Assembly (NCBI GenBank): GCA_963666735.1
Contig: OY762926.1
Coordinates: forward strand, 3,168,001-3,232,000
Direction: 5' to 3'
Source of the DNA: Gemmatimonadota bacterium
GTDB lineage: Bacteria > Gemmatimonadota > Gemmatimonadetes > Palauibacterales > Palauibacteraceae
Length of the DNA stretch: 64,000 nucleotides
Numbering within the stretch: position 1 is the stretch's first letter; every line of letters starts with the position of its first letter. A model generated the notes under the pieces. That model had not been told where the DNA came from, made no database searches, and was given only the letters and a program-made list of their open reading frames with translations. The position numbers and the translations under genes were made by a program. Positions 29,665-39,224 of the stretch are shown piece after piece.

Positions 29665-29727
29665 TCACCGGCCTCCGCGCACGCGGTGGAAAAAATAATG
29701 GCCGAAAAACGGATGGGTGTTCGTCAT
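29665..29727 (-). CDS. hisL: his operon leader peptide MTNTHPFFGHYFFHRVRGGR
   Basis: 20-codon ORF with 3 His, 4 Phe and 1 Tyr just upstream of the terminator; its 3' end can pair with the terminator 5' arm. Confidence 0.8.
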   Translation of the reverse strand: MTNTHPFFGHYFFHRVRGGR

Positions 29728-29842
29728 GGGCGCGGAGGATCGCATCGCGCCGTTAGCTTGTCAAGCCGGTGACCCGGCGCGCTCCCGCGGCGTCGACCGG
29801 CTGCCGGACCCAGGACCGCTCCACCTCAACCCCGGGGAAACC

Positions 29843-30844
29843 ATGACCGAACCTCCGGCCTCCGGCCCCCGGCCCCCGACGCCGGCCGAGAGCCGCGAGA
29901 CACGAGCGCGCGTCGCGCCGTGGATCGAACGCACGCCCGCAAGACGCTGGATTCCCGACCGCGGCGTCGCGTCGCTGCCCGCGGGAGTTCAGCTCTTTCT
30001 CAAACTGGAACTCTTCCAGCGCACAGGTTCCTACAAGGTCCGCGGCGCCCTGAACAACGTCCTCCGCGCGGAGGCGGAGACGCTGCGCCGAGGCGTCACG
30101 GCCGTGAGCGCCGGGAACCACGCCATTTCCGTGGCGTACGCCGCTCGGGCCGCCGGTACGACCGCCAAGGTCGTCATGCTGTCATCCGCCAATCCGGCTC
30201 GCGTCGCGCGCTGCCGGAACTTCGGGGCGGAAATCGAGTTCGCGGACGACGGGGCGGCCGGCTTCGCGCGCATGGAGGAGATTGCCTGGCAGGAGGGCCG
30301 GCTCGGGATCCATCCGTTCGAGGGCGAGGCGACCGTGTTCGGCACTTCGACCGTCGGCCTCGAGGTCGCGGAGCAACTGCCCGATCTCGACGCGCTCGTG
30401 GTTCCGGTCGGCGGTGGGGGGCTCATCTCGGGGACCGCGAGCATCGTCAAACAGCTTGTGCCGGAGTGTCGCGTCTACGGGGTGGAACCCGTCGGCGCCG
30501 CCTCCATGCGACGCAGCCTGGATGCGGGCGAGCCGGCGGCCCTCGATCGCATCGACACGATCGCGGACAGCCTCGGCGCACCCCACGCCGCGCCGTACAG
30601 CTTCGGCCTCGTGCAGCGCTACGTGGACGATGTCGTGCTCGTCGATGACGACGCGATTCGCGCCGCCCTGAAGGCGCTGTTCGTCGACGCGAAGCTGGTC
30701 GCCGAACCCGCCTCCGCCGCGCCGCTGGCCGCCGTGTGCGGCCCCCTCCGGGAGAGGCTGGAAGGTTGCCGCGTCGGCCTCGTGCTCTCCGGGTCGAACA
30801 TCGATCTCGACACGTTCTCCGCGCACATCCGGGCAAGCGGGTGA
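29843..30844 (+). CDS. PLP-dependent threonine/serine dehydratase
   Basis: KLELFQRTGSYKVRGA, SAGNHA, VGGGGL, SGSN. Confidence 0.92.
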   Translation: MTEPPASGPRPPTPAESRETRARVAPWIERTPARRWIPDRGVASLPAGVQLFLKLELFQRTGSYKVRGALNNVLRAEAETLRRGVTAVSAGNHAISVAYAARAAGTTAKVVMLSSANPARVARCRNFGAEIEFADDGAAGFARMEEIAWQEGRLGIHPFEGEATVFGTSTVGLEVAEQLPDLDALVVPVGGGGLISGTASIVKQLVPECRVYGVEPVGAASMRRSLDAGEPAALDRIDTIADSLGAPHAAPYSFGLVQRYVDDVVLVDDDAIRAALKALFVDAKLVAEPASAAPLAAVCGPLRERLEGCRVGLVLSGSNIDLDTFSAHIRASG

Positions 30845-31012
30845 TGCCCCGCCTCGGCGTCGGCCCGGCCTGAGCCACCCGCGCCTCCGGCACTCGCGGC
30901 CGTCGTCCCGGACCGGATCAACTACTACAATCACGTGCGTCGGTACTCCTCGGAGACCCGGCCGCCACTGAGGATCATCGAGGACTGCAACCGCGAGGAC
31001 TGGAGAAACGGA

Positions 31013-32119
31013 ATGAGAGAGGGAGTCGTGAGACGTTTTCCGGCGGTGACCACCATGGGGCTCGCTGCGCTCCTTTCCGGCATCCCGCTCCTCCCCGTCG
31101 CCGGGCAGTCGATCACCGTCGTGTCCTGGGGCGGCTCCTACGGCCGCGCCGTCAACGAGGGCGCCAACATTCCCTTCACCGAAGCGACCGGCATCCGAGT
31201 CAGCGTGGAGGACTACAACGGCGGCCTGGCCCAGATACGGGCCCAGGTGGACATCGGCAACGTCCATTGGGATGTGGTCGACCTGGAGATCGCCGATGCC
31301 GTGCGCGGTTGCGATGAGGGGCTGCTCGAGCTGATAGACATCGACGATCTGCCTCCCGGACCCGACGGCGCTCCCGCGGCCGAAGACTTCGTGGCCGAGA
31401 GCCAGACGGAGTGCGGCGTGGGCAATCTGTACTGGTCGACCGTGTACGCGTACAACAGCAGGGATTTCCCGGGCGAACAGCCCACGACCATGGCCGACTT
31501 CTTCGACTTGGAGAAGTTCCCGGGCCGCCGCGGGATGCGGCGCGTGCCGCAGGTCAACCTGGAGTTTGCCCTGATCGCCGATGGCGTGCCGCTTGATGAG
31601 GTGTACGCCGCGCTGGGAACCCCGGAGGGCCTGGACCGGGCCTTTGCCAAGCTCGAAACCATCAAGGACGAGGTGGTCTGGTGGGAGGCCGGCGCCCAGC
31701 CACCGCAGATGTTGGCCGACAGGGAAGTGGTCATGAGCACGGCGTACAACGGCCGCATCTTCAATGCCCAGATCCTGGAGAACCAACCGCTCGTGATCGT
31801 GTGGGACGGGCAGTTGCTGGACGTGGGTCAGGTCGGGATCGTCGCGGGCACACCGAGGCTGGAAGAGGCGATGAGATACGTGGCCTTCAGCACCAGCGCC
31901 GAGTCCATGGCGCGGATCGCCCGCCGCATCTCCTATTCCCCGGCGCGCAGATCGGGCATGCCGCTGGTGACGACCCATGTGGTCGCAGGGGTCGACATGG
32001 CGCCCCACATGCCGGCCGGCGCGGGCAACGCGGATCGTGCGCTTCGTTATGACTGGGCGTTCTGGGTCGACTACCAGGACGAACTGAACGAGCGCTTCAG
32101 CGCCTGGCTGGCGCGCTAG
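31013..32119 (+). CDS. ABC transporter substrate-binding protein (PotD/PotF-like), orphan
   Basis: VVSWGGSY, DFFDLEKFPGRRG, LEFALIADGV, WWEAGAQPPQ; no permease or ATPase adjacent. Confidence 0.9.
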   Translation: MREGVVRRFPAVTTMGLAALLSGIPLLPVAGQSITVVSWGGSYGRAVNEGANIPFTEATGIRVSVEDYNGGLAQIRAQVDIGNVHWDVVDLEIADAVRGCDEGLLELIDIDDLPPGPDGAPAAEDFVAESQTECGVGNLYWSTVYAYNSRDFPGEQPTTMADFFDLEKFPGRRGMRRVPQVNLEFALIADGVPLDEVYAALGTPEGLDRAFAKLETIKDEVVWWEAGAQPPQMLADREVVMSTAYNGRIFNAQILENQPLVIVWDGQLLDVGQVGIVAGTPRLEEAMRYVAFSTSAESMARIARRISYSPARRSGMPLVTTHVVAGVDMAPHMPAGAGNADRALRYDWAFWVDYQDELNERFSAWLAR

Positions 32120-32161
32120 ATGGCGATGCCGGGGAGCACCGGGGCTCTGTAAACGCGCGCG

Positions 32162-34516
32162 TCAGAACACCACCCGATAGCTGACGTTCAGACCCCGCCC
32201 GGCCTCCGGCATGATCTCCTTGACCCGGGAGAGGTGGTTGCGGTACTCGGTATTCCCGGCGTTGACGAGGCTCACGGTCAGGACGTTCAGACGCCCGCCG
32301 AGCGTAAGCCGCACCCCCGCGGTGGCGTTGAAGACGGTGTACCCACGCGTCGGCGTCTCGAATTCGCCGACCCGGTCCTGCCCGTCCGCCATCTCGGCCT
32401 CCGCCCGGACATACCACGACGGCCGCTCGTACTTCAGGGCCACATGTCCCTTGAGCGGAGGAACGAGAGGCAGAGGCCGATCGGTCTCCTTGAGACTGCC
32501 ATTCACCAATGAGGCCACTCCCTCCAGCGCCAGCCCCCCCCCGGCGTCAACGTCCACGCCGGCTTCGAAGCCGCTGAACACGGCGTCGTTGCCCTGGAAC
32601 TGATAAATGGGGAGGCGCACGCGGCTCAGGCGGCCCGTGTCCTCCCCGTAGATGTGGTTCTCGATGTCGTTGTGGAAGCCGGTTACCTCGGCCCTCAGCC
32701 GGTCGGACTCGAAGCGGAGGAAGACGTCGAGCCCCCTCCCGACCTCGCTCTCCAGAGATGGGTTTCCGACCTCGAAGACGTAGGCCGCCAGATGCGGCCC
32801 TTCCGAATAGAGTTCGGGGACATCGGGTGTGCGAACCGCCCGGGAAACGCTGGCGCCGAGCACCAGCCCCGAGGCGGACTTGTAAAGGACACCCAGGGAC
32901 CCCGACAGGGAGTGGAATGTGCGGTCACGAATCTCACCGATGTCCGAAACTCGATCTTCCGCCGGATCGGCCAGGGTCCAGTCGTAGCGTAGCCCCGACT
33001 CGATCAGGACGGAGCCCAGGTCGACCTCCTCGAGCAGGTACAGGGCCGCCTTTAGCCGACGCGTGTCCGGCGTGTGCAGGGATCCCCCGTATCCGAAGTC
33101 CTCCCAGGACGCACGGCCGCCCATCGCGCCCGCCGTAAACGGTCCCCATCTCTCATGCCGGCCCAGGACGTCCGCGCTTGCGCGCTGTTGCTCGAAGAGC
33201 GTGCCCAGAATGTCCGGTGCTTCGAGCTCGCGGTGCGTGTACCAGGTGTGAGTCGCGTCGAAGCGGAGGTTGTGGAAGGGTCCGGCCGGCTCCTCGACCA
33301 CGGTCCGGAACTTCGAGGAGAGGCGCTCCATTTCGATGCGCACCCCTTCCTGGTGTCCACCCGTGAAACCACCCGGGATGCCGTAGTAGTTGCGGTAACC
33401 GCGGAAGGACCCCCCCAGGCGACCCCAATCGGCCACGTAGGCCGTCCCCGCGCCTCCGCTCAACAGTTCGCCGTCGGTGTTGAGAAGCGTGCCGACGGGG
33501 GTCTTCAGATCTCCCGCCGTCCGGGCGGCCACCTCCACTCGCAGCGGCACGCGCCCCGCGAGGGGGAACACGGCCGATGCGCTGCCGGCCAGCGAGCCGG
33601 TCGAGGTCTCCGTCTGCAGTGTCGCCGCGCCCGTCAGGCGGTGCGGCATGGCCGTCGGAATCTCGTCGCGGATGACGTTGATGACCCCGCCCAGCGCGTT
33701 GCCCCCGTAGAGCAGTGCACCGGGACCCCGCACAACCTCGATCCGCCGTGCCGAGGACGGATCGAGTGCGGTGGTGTGATCCGAGCCCGAGCTGGAGGCA
33801 TCCCCGACCGCGGTCCCGTCCTCGAGCATCAGTACCCGATCGCCGCTCATTCCCCGGATCACCGGTTGCGCAACCGATGGACCCATCCTGGTGGCGGCCA
33901 GCCCCGGCATCGACGCCAACGTCCCGGCTACGGTCGCCGTCAGCTGGCGCTGCAAGTCATCGCCCGCCATGACGCTGACCGGCCGGATCGCCTCGGCCGC
34001 GGTCCGCTCGCTGATCGTCGCGGTCACCACCAGGTCCGCCAGCCCAATCGGAGACGGTACCAGCTCGATCACGATCTCCGCCGACTCCGCCACCGCCCGG
34101 CGCGCACGCACGGTCCCCACGGTGACATCCACGGTGGCGCCCCGATACCCCAGGCGCTCGGCTCGAAGGGTGTACACGCCCGCGGCCATCCCGGTCAGGT
34201 GGAAGGTCCCGTCCCCGCGGGTCACCGCCCGGGTTTCCCTCCCGACCACCGATACGTGCGCTCCCGCCAGCGGTTGACCGGTGCCCGCGTCGCGCACGTT
34301 GCCCTCGAACACGTACGCCTGCCCCGGCCCCTGCCCCGCCAGGTCGCCGATGTTGGCGAGAGCGGGCCACGAGAGGCCAACCGCCGCAAGCATTGGCGCC
34401 AGAAGGAGGAGACGCCCGGCGATCGAACGAGCGGGCGGCCGGACGCCGGATCGCGCGGGGCCGAGCCAACGCGGAACCGGCCCGACGCGATTCTCGACCG
34501 GGTAGGCTGAAGGCAT
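32162..34516 (-). CDS. TonB-dependent receptor (ZnuD-like metal uptake type)
   Basis: Carboxypeptidase-regulatory-like N-domain, PVIRG, IEVVRGPGALLYG, ELYSEGPHLA, YRNHLSR; C-terminal Phe. Confidence 0.9.
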   Translation of the reverse strand: MPSAYPVENRVGPVPRWLGPARSGVRPPARSIAGRLLLLAPMLAAVGLSWPALANIGDLAGQGPGQAYVFEGNVRDAGTGQPLAGAHVSVVGRETRAVTRGDGTFHLTGMAAGVYTLRAERLGYRGATVDVTVGTVRARRAVAESAEIVIELVPSPIGLADLVVTATISERTAAEAIRPVSVMAGDDLQRQLTATVAGTLASMPGLAATRMGPSVAQPVIRGMSGDRVLMLEDGTAVGDASSSGSDHTTALDPSSARRIEVVRGPGALLYGGNALGGVINVIRDEIPTAMPHRLTGAATLQTETSTGSLAGSASAVFPLAGRVPLRVEVAARTAGDLKTPVGTLLNTDGELLSGGAGTAYVADWGRLGGSFRGYRNYYGIPGGFTGGHQEGVRIEMERLSSKFRTVVEEPAGPFHNLRFDATHTWYTHRELEAPDILGTLFEQQRASADVLGRHERWGPFTAGAMGGRASWEDFGYGGSLHTPDTRRLKAALYLLEEVDLGSVLIESGLRYDWTLADPAEDRVSDIGEIRDRTFHSLSGSLGVLYKSASGLVLGASVSRAVRTPDVPELYSEGPHLAAYVFEVGNPSLESEVGRGLDVFLRFESDRLRAEVTGFHNDIENHIYGEDTGRLSRVRLPIYQFQGNDAVFSGFEAGVDVDAGGGLALEGVASLVNGSLKETDRPLPLVPPLKGHVALKYERPSWYVRAEAEMADGQDRVGEFETPTRGYTVFNATAGVRLTLGGRLNVLTVSLVNAGNTEYRNHLSRVKEIMPEAGRGLNVSYRVVF

Positions 34517-34633
34517 GGTTCCTCCCACGCCGGTGTGTCCAGGGCGTGTGCAATGGCCACAAGGCTGCATCGCGGGCACGGGACGTTAGGCCGGCGTGAC
34601 GGCTCGGGGCAACCTCGTGCGGCGTTGGAAACC

Positions 34634-34658
34634 CTTTGATGCCCCCGGGGCGTCAAAG
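34634..34658. promoter_or_regulatory. Near-perfect 25-bp palindrome overlapping an ECF-like promoter
   Basis: CTTTGATGCCCC-C-GGGGCGTCAAAG; GAAACCC-N17-GTCAAA on + strand before mrcB. Confidence 0.35.
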
Positions 34659-34711
34659 ACGGTGTGAGAGACAGAAGAAGGGCTCGGCGGTGGCTCCCGT
34701 CGAGAGAGAAG

Positions 34712-37189
34712 ATGCACAGGGGTCGGTGGCTCATGCTTCTGGCCGTGGCGATTCTCGCCGGCGGCCTCGGCTATCTGGCCTTCGAAGCCCGGGTGGCGCG
34801 CGAGTTCGCGGCGCTCGATTTCTCTTCCCCGGCGCGCCTCCTCGCACGGCCGTGGACCCTCCGCGCTGGTGATCGGGTCGACCCGCAGCGCCTCATCGAC
34901 CACCTGAAGAAGGTCGGCTACCGGCCGGTCTCCGGCGGTACACCGCAAGCCGGAGAGTTCAGCGCCCGCGGCCGCGATCTTCTCGTGGGCCGCCGCACGC
35001 TTCGCTTCGGAGCCTTCGTCGACCCCGGCGTGCGCGCGCGGGTGCGTTTCCGGAGCAGCTTTCGGAGCAGCCTCCAGAGCAATGCGCGCATCTCGTCGAT
35101 TCGGGACGCCGATGGCAACGACATCGCCCAACTCCTGCTCGATCCCGAGGTGATCGGGACGTCCCTCGGAGAGCGCAGCCGGGACCGGGTGCCCGTCCGG
35201 CTCGACGAGGTGCCGGAGCACCTGGTCGCCGCGTTGCTGACCGTGGAGGATCGCCGCTTCTACGAGCACGGCGCGCTGGATCCTCGCCGCATCGCCGGCG
35301 CCGCGCTCTCGAACCTCCGGCAGCGGCGGGTCGCTGAGGGTGGAAGCACGATCACCCAGCAGCTCGCCCGCACGCTCTTCCTGTCGACGGATCGCACCGT
35401 GCTCCGAAAGCTGCGTGAGGCGGCGATCGCGGTGGCGCTGGAGAGACGTTTCTCCAAGCGGCGCCTGCTCGAGGCCTACGTGAACCATATCTATCTCGGG
35501 CAGCACCGGGGGACCGCCATCCACGGCTTCGGGCGCGCCGCGCAGTTCTACTTCGGGCGGGACATCTCGGAGTTGAAGCTGGGCCAGTCGGCGATGCTGG
35601 TCGGGATTGTCAGGGGGCCGAGCGTGTACTCGCCCCATCGCCACCCGGAGCGTGCCCGGGCCCGGCGCGACATCGTGCTGCGGCAGATGCACGCCGTCGG
35701 GCACCTGGACGACGCTCGGCGCGACGCCGAACTGGAAGCCGATCCGGAGATTCGACGTCCTCCGGAGCGGAACTTCGATGCCCGCTGGTATCTGGATTTC
35801 CTGAGGCGGGAGTTGGCGGCCGGGGATGCTTCGCTGGAACTGGGGGGTGGCGGTCGAACGGTGCTTTCTTCGCTCGCACCGGAGCTTCAGCGCGCCGCCG
35901 AGACCGCGGTGTCGAACGGGATCCTCAGCATGGAGCGCCGGCGTCCCCGCTTGAAGGAGCAGTCCGGCCCGCTCCAGGCGGCGCTGGTCGCCCTCGACCC
36001 GCGGACCGGCGACATCCTGGCGATGGTCGGCGGTCGCTCGTACGGCACGTCGCAGTTCAATCGCGCCGCGGACGCCCGGCGTCAGCCGGGAAGCGCCTTC
36101 AAGCCGGTCGTGGCGCTGGTCGCCCTGGCGCCGGAAGCAGAGCCTTCTTTCACCCTGGCTTCCATGCTGAGGGACGAACCGCTCGCACTCGACACGCCCG
36201 CCGGCGTGTGGAAGCCGGCGAACGCGGACCGCGCGTTCCTCGGCCCCATCAAGCTGCGCGAGGCGCTCGAGGGGTCTCGCAACGTGCCCTTCGCCCGCCT
36301 CGGCCTGGCGGTCGGTCCCGACAGGATCATCGAGACGGCGCACCGGCTGGGCATTGGGAGCCCCCTCGCGCCATATCCGAGCCTGGCGCTGGGCGCCTCC
36401 GAGGTCACGCTGCTCGAATTGACGGCGGCCTATGCGGTGCTGGCGGCGGAGGGCCGGCGCACTCGGCCGGCCTCGGCGCTAACGGTGCTCGACCGCGACG
36501 GTACGGCGCGCCGGGAGACCACGGCCCCCCGCGAGTCGGTCGTCAGTCCGGCGGAGGCGTACCTGATCACGTCCGCGCTCAGGGGTGTCGTCGAACACGG
36601 GACCGGGAGCGGCGTCCGTGCCGCGGGGTACCGGGGTCCGCTGGCGGCGAAGTCCGGGACGACGAACGACTCCCGCGATGCCTGGTTCATCGGCTACACG
36701 CCCGAACTGGCGGTCGGCGTATGGGTGGGATTCGACGACGGGACGCCGGTCGGTCTCCCCGGCTCCCGGGCCGCGCTCCCGATCTTTGCCGATTTCATGA
36801 TCCGCGTTCTGGGACCGCGGGGCGGTCGCGACTTCCGCTTCCCCGCGGGAGTGGAATGGGTCGATGTCGAGCCCGCGACCGGACGGCGCGCCGGGTGGGG
36901 GTGTCGAGGCGAGCCCGAACTGTTCCTCGCCGGCACGGCGCCCGACGTCTACTGCGGCTACGGCCCCGAACCGTGGCGCCGGCGTACGCTGTCTCCCGAG
37001 TCGCCGGCGACCGGCGACGACCCCGGATCCTTCAGACGTGGGCGTGTCCGGGTCGGTGCTGATGGTCGTGGCGGCCCTGATGCAGGACGACGTGCAGCAA
37101 CGAGCCGCTCACGAACGCCTGATACATCTCGAGCACCGAGTGGTCGTCCGGCAGCAGTTCCGTCCCCGCGAGCACCCCAAACACCGTAG
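34712..37189 (+). CDS. mrcB: Class A penicillin-binding protein (PBP1B-like)
   Basis: UB2H-like region, EDRRFYEH.., GGSTITQQL, RKLRE, SAFK (SxxK), SRN, KSGT. Confidence 0.9.
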   Translation: MHRGRWLMLLAVAILAGGLGYLAFEARVAREFAALDFSSPARLLARPWTLRAGDRVDPQRLIDHLKKVGYRPVSGGTPQAGEFSARGRDLLVGRRTLRFGAFVDPGVRARVRFRSSFRSSLQSNARISSIRDADGNDIAQLLLDPEVIGTSLGERSRDRVPVRLDEVPEHLVAALLTVEDRRFYEHGALDPRRIAGAALSNLRQRRVAEGGSTITQQLARTLFLSTDRTVLRKLREAAIAVALERRFSKRRLLEAYVNHIYLGQHRGTAIHGFGRAAQFYFGRDISELKLGQSAMLVGIVRGPSVYSPHRHPERARARRDIVLRQMHAVGHLDDARRDAELEADPEIRRPPERNFDARWYLDFLRRELAAGDASLELGGGGRTVLSSLAPELQRAAETAVSNGILSMERRRPRLKEQSGPLQAALVALDPRTGDILAMVGGRSYGTSQFNRAADARRQPGSAFKPVVALVALAPEAEPSFTLASMLRDEPLALDTPAGVWKPANADRAFLGPIKLREALEGSRNVPFARLGLAVGPDRIIETAHRLGIGSPLAPYPSLALGASEVTLLELTAAYAVLAAEGRRTRPASALTVLDRDGTARRETTAPRESVVSPAEAYLITSALRGVVEHGTGSGVRAAGYRGPLAAKSGTTNDSRDAWFIGYTPELAVGVWVGFDDGTPVGLPGSRAALPIFADFMIRVLGPRGGRDFRFPAGVEWVDVEPATGRRAGWGCRGEPELFLAGTAPDVYCGYGPEPWRRRTLSPESPATGDDPGSFRRGRVRVGADGRGGPDAGRRAATSRSRTPDTSRAPSGRPAAVPSPRAPQTP

Positions 37190-37649
37190 CCACGATGATC
37201 GCGGCCACCCCGATCAGGGCGCCCCGCACGCCGTGCCGGGGTTCGAGCAGCCACCAGATGAGCAATCCGACCGCGACGCGGTGAAGGACGAGGGCGTACG
37301 TGAAGGGTGTGCTCGACGGCCCGACCAGCAGGGCGCCGCCCTCGAGGAGGGCGTGCAGCACCATCGATAGCACCCCGAGCAGGATCGTCGCGTTGTCCGT
37401 GTGCCGCGCAAGGGTCTCGGAGAATCTCTCAAGCAGGTAGAGGAGACCGACGCCGGCGCCGACGGCGAGGAGGGGTGCGATCTGACGCTCGAGCCACACG
37501 TGGGGAAGCACCTGCCACGCGATGAGGAGCGGCAGCGCAACGAAGACGATCGTGTCGATGAGCCGCATGGTGCGCGGCCTTCGATGCAGCACAACGTACA
37601 GAACGGCGCCGACGGCCGGCGCCACGAGCACTGCGATCAGCTGAACCAC
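37032..37649 (-). CDS. Membrane protein, ZIP-like metal permease with His-rich tail
   Basis: LHALLEG, LVLHRVAVG, GSLLHVV, C-terminal HDHQH. Confidence 0.7.
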   Translation of the reverse strand: MVQLIAVLVAPAVGAVLYVVLHRRPRTMRLIDTIVFVALPLLIAWQVLPHVWLERQIAPLLAVGAGVGLLYLLERFSETLARHTDNATILLGVLSMVLHALLEGGALLVGPSSTPFTYALVLHRVAVGLLIWWLLEPRHGVRGALIGVAAIIVATVFGVLAGTELLPDDHSVLEMYQAFVSGSLLHVVLHQGRHDHQHRPGHAHV

Positions 37650-37661
37650 TCAGCGTCCGGG

Positions 37662-37994
37662 CTAGCCCTGCACGGCCGGTCCGTGATGATCGCAGTGATC
37701 GCCGTGCTGATGGTGGAGATGGCCGTCGACGACATAGTCGACGTGCCCGTCGTGTTCCACCGCTTCGTGGCCGCAGCCCTCGCCGTGCACGTGCGCGTCG
37801 TCGTGGCTCTCACAATCGTGACCGTGCCCCGGCGCCGGTCCGTGGTCGTCGCAGTGGTCCCCGTGGACGTGGTGCAGGTGGCCATCGACGACATAGTCGG
37901 TGTGGCCGTCATGCTCGACGGCCTCGTGGCCGCAGCCCTCGCCGTGCGTATGGCTGCTGTCGTGGTGCTCACAGTCGTGGTCGTGCTCGCCCAT
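37662..37994 (-). CDS. His/Cys-rich two-repeat putative metal-binding protein
   Basis: 110 aa with 30 His and 6 Cys; 53-aa unit HxHGEGCGHEAVEHDGHxDYVVDGHLHHxHGDHCDxH duplicated; RBS GGGAG. Confidence 0.8.
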   Translation of the reverse strand: MGEHDHDCEHHDSSHTHGEGCGHEAVEHDGHTDYVVDGHLHHVHGDHCDDHGPAPGHGHDCESHDDAHVHGEGCGHEAVEHDGHVDYVVDGHLHHQHGDHCDHHGPAVQG

Positions 37995-38018
37995 GATCTC
38001 TTGCTCCCGTTGGTTCGC

Positions 38019-39113
38019 CTAGTGCGGCCGCGCGGTGGCGACGAGGTGGTCGACGTGGTGGTCCTCGTTGCAGTGTGCGGCCGAGCTCTCCACCTGAACC
38101 GTGATGTGTTGAATGTTGAACTTGTTGTACGCGATCTCCTGAATCTCGTGCAGCAGCTTCGCCGAATCTCTCTCGTGTTCGGGGTCCACCAGAACATGCG
38201 CGGTGAGCGCGTCGTAGCCGGGCGCGAGCGTCCACACGTGAACGTCGTGGATGACCGTGACTCCCTCGAGATCTTCGATCTGGTGGCAGAGATTGTACAC
38301 GTCGACGTGTTCCGGCGTCCCTTCGAGCAGTACGTGCACGACCTTGGCCAGCAGGCGCCATGTGCTGAGCAGGATCAGGATGCCGATGAGGACGCTGAGG
38401 ATCGGGTCGGAGATGTACCAGCCGAAGGCCCACACGAGCACGCCGGAGATGATGACCGCCACCGAGCCGAGGATGTCGGCGATCACGTGAGCCAGGGCGC
38501 CCTCGACGTTCACGCTGTGCTTCGCCGACCGGTGGAGGACCCAGGCAGCGGCGAGGTTGGCGAGAAGTCCGAGAACCCCGATGATCAGCATCAGGCCACC
38601 CTCGACCTCCGGAATCTCCCGGAAGCGGTGGTACGCCTCGAAGATCACCCAGGCGGAGATCAGCCACAGCGTGAGGGCGTTGATGAGGGCGGCGAGGATC
38701 TCCAGCCGGTGGTACCCGAAGGTGCGCTCCACGGAAGCGGCACGCGTCGCGAAGTGCACCGCGAACAGCGCCAGGCCGATCGAGGCCGCGTCCGTGAGCA
38801 TGTGTCCCGCGTCGGCGATGAGCGCCAGGCTGCCCGACAGGATGCCGCCGATGACCTCGACGAACATGAAACTCGCGATGATCACCAGCGCGATCGTGAG
38901 ATCCCGCTTGCTGGCGTTTCTCAGTTCCTCGGAGTGATCGTGGGCCCCGAAAATGCCGTGGTGGTGATGGTGGTCATGACCGTGGCCATGGTGGCCGTGA
39001 CCGTGGTGATGGTGTCCATGATCGTGGTCATGGTCGTGATCGTGCCCATGGTTGTGATCGTGGTCATGGTCGTGGTCGTGATCATGATCGTCATGACTGC
39101 CGTCGTGGCTCAT
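38019..39113 (-). CDS. Cation diffusion facilitator (CzcD/ZitB-like) with His-rich N-terminus
   Basis: SLALIADAGHMLTD, TFGYHRLEILAA, HVIADILGS, HDVHVW, HITVQVE. Confidence 0.93.
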   Translation of the reverse strand: MSHDGSHDDHDHDHDHDHDHNHGHDHDHDHDHGHHHHGHGHHGHGHDHHHHHGIFGAHDHSEELRNASKRDLTIALVIIASFMFVEVIGGILSGSLALIADAGHMLTDAASIGLALFAVHFATRAASVERTFGYHRLEILAALINALTLWLISAWVIFEAYHRFREIPEVEGGLMLIIGVLGLLANLAAAWVLHRSAKHSVNVEGALAHVIADILGSVAVIISGVLVWAFGWYISDPILSVLIGILILLSTWRLLAKVVHVLLEGTPEHVDVYNLCHQIEDLEGVTVIHDVHVWTLAPGYDALTAHVLVDPEHERDSAKLLHEIQEIAYNKFNIQHITVQVESSAAHCNEDHHVDHLVATARPH

Positions 39114-39224
39114 CGGAACCATGCCCAGCCAGGGTTGAACATCAGCCTGCAGTCGGACGGGGACCTGTCCCGCGCACCGGGTCCAACCCCCCCTCCGCAA
39201 AGAAGGGTGATTCGACAAATGTCG

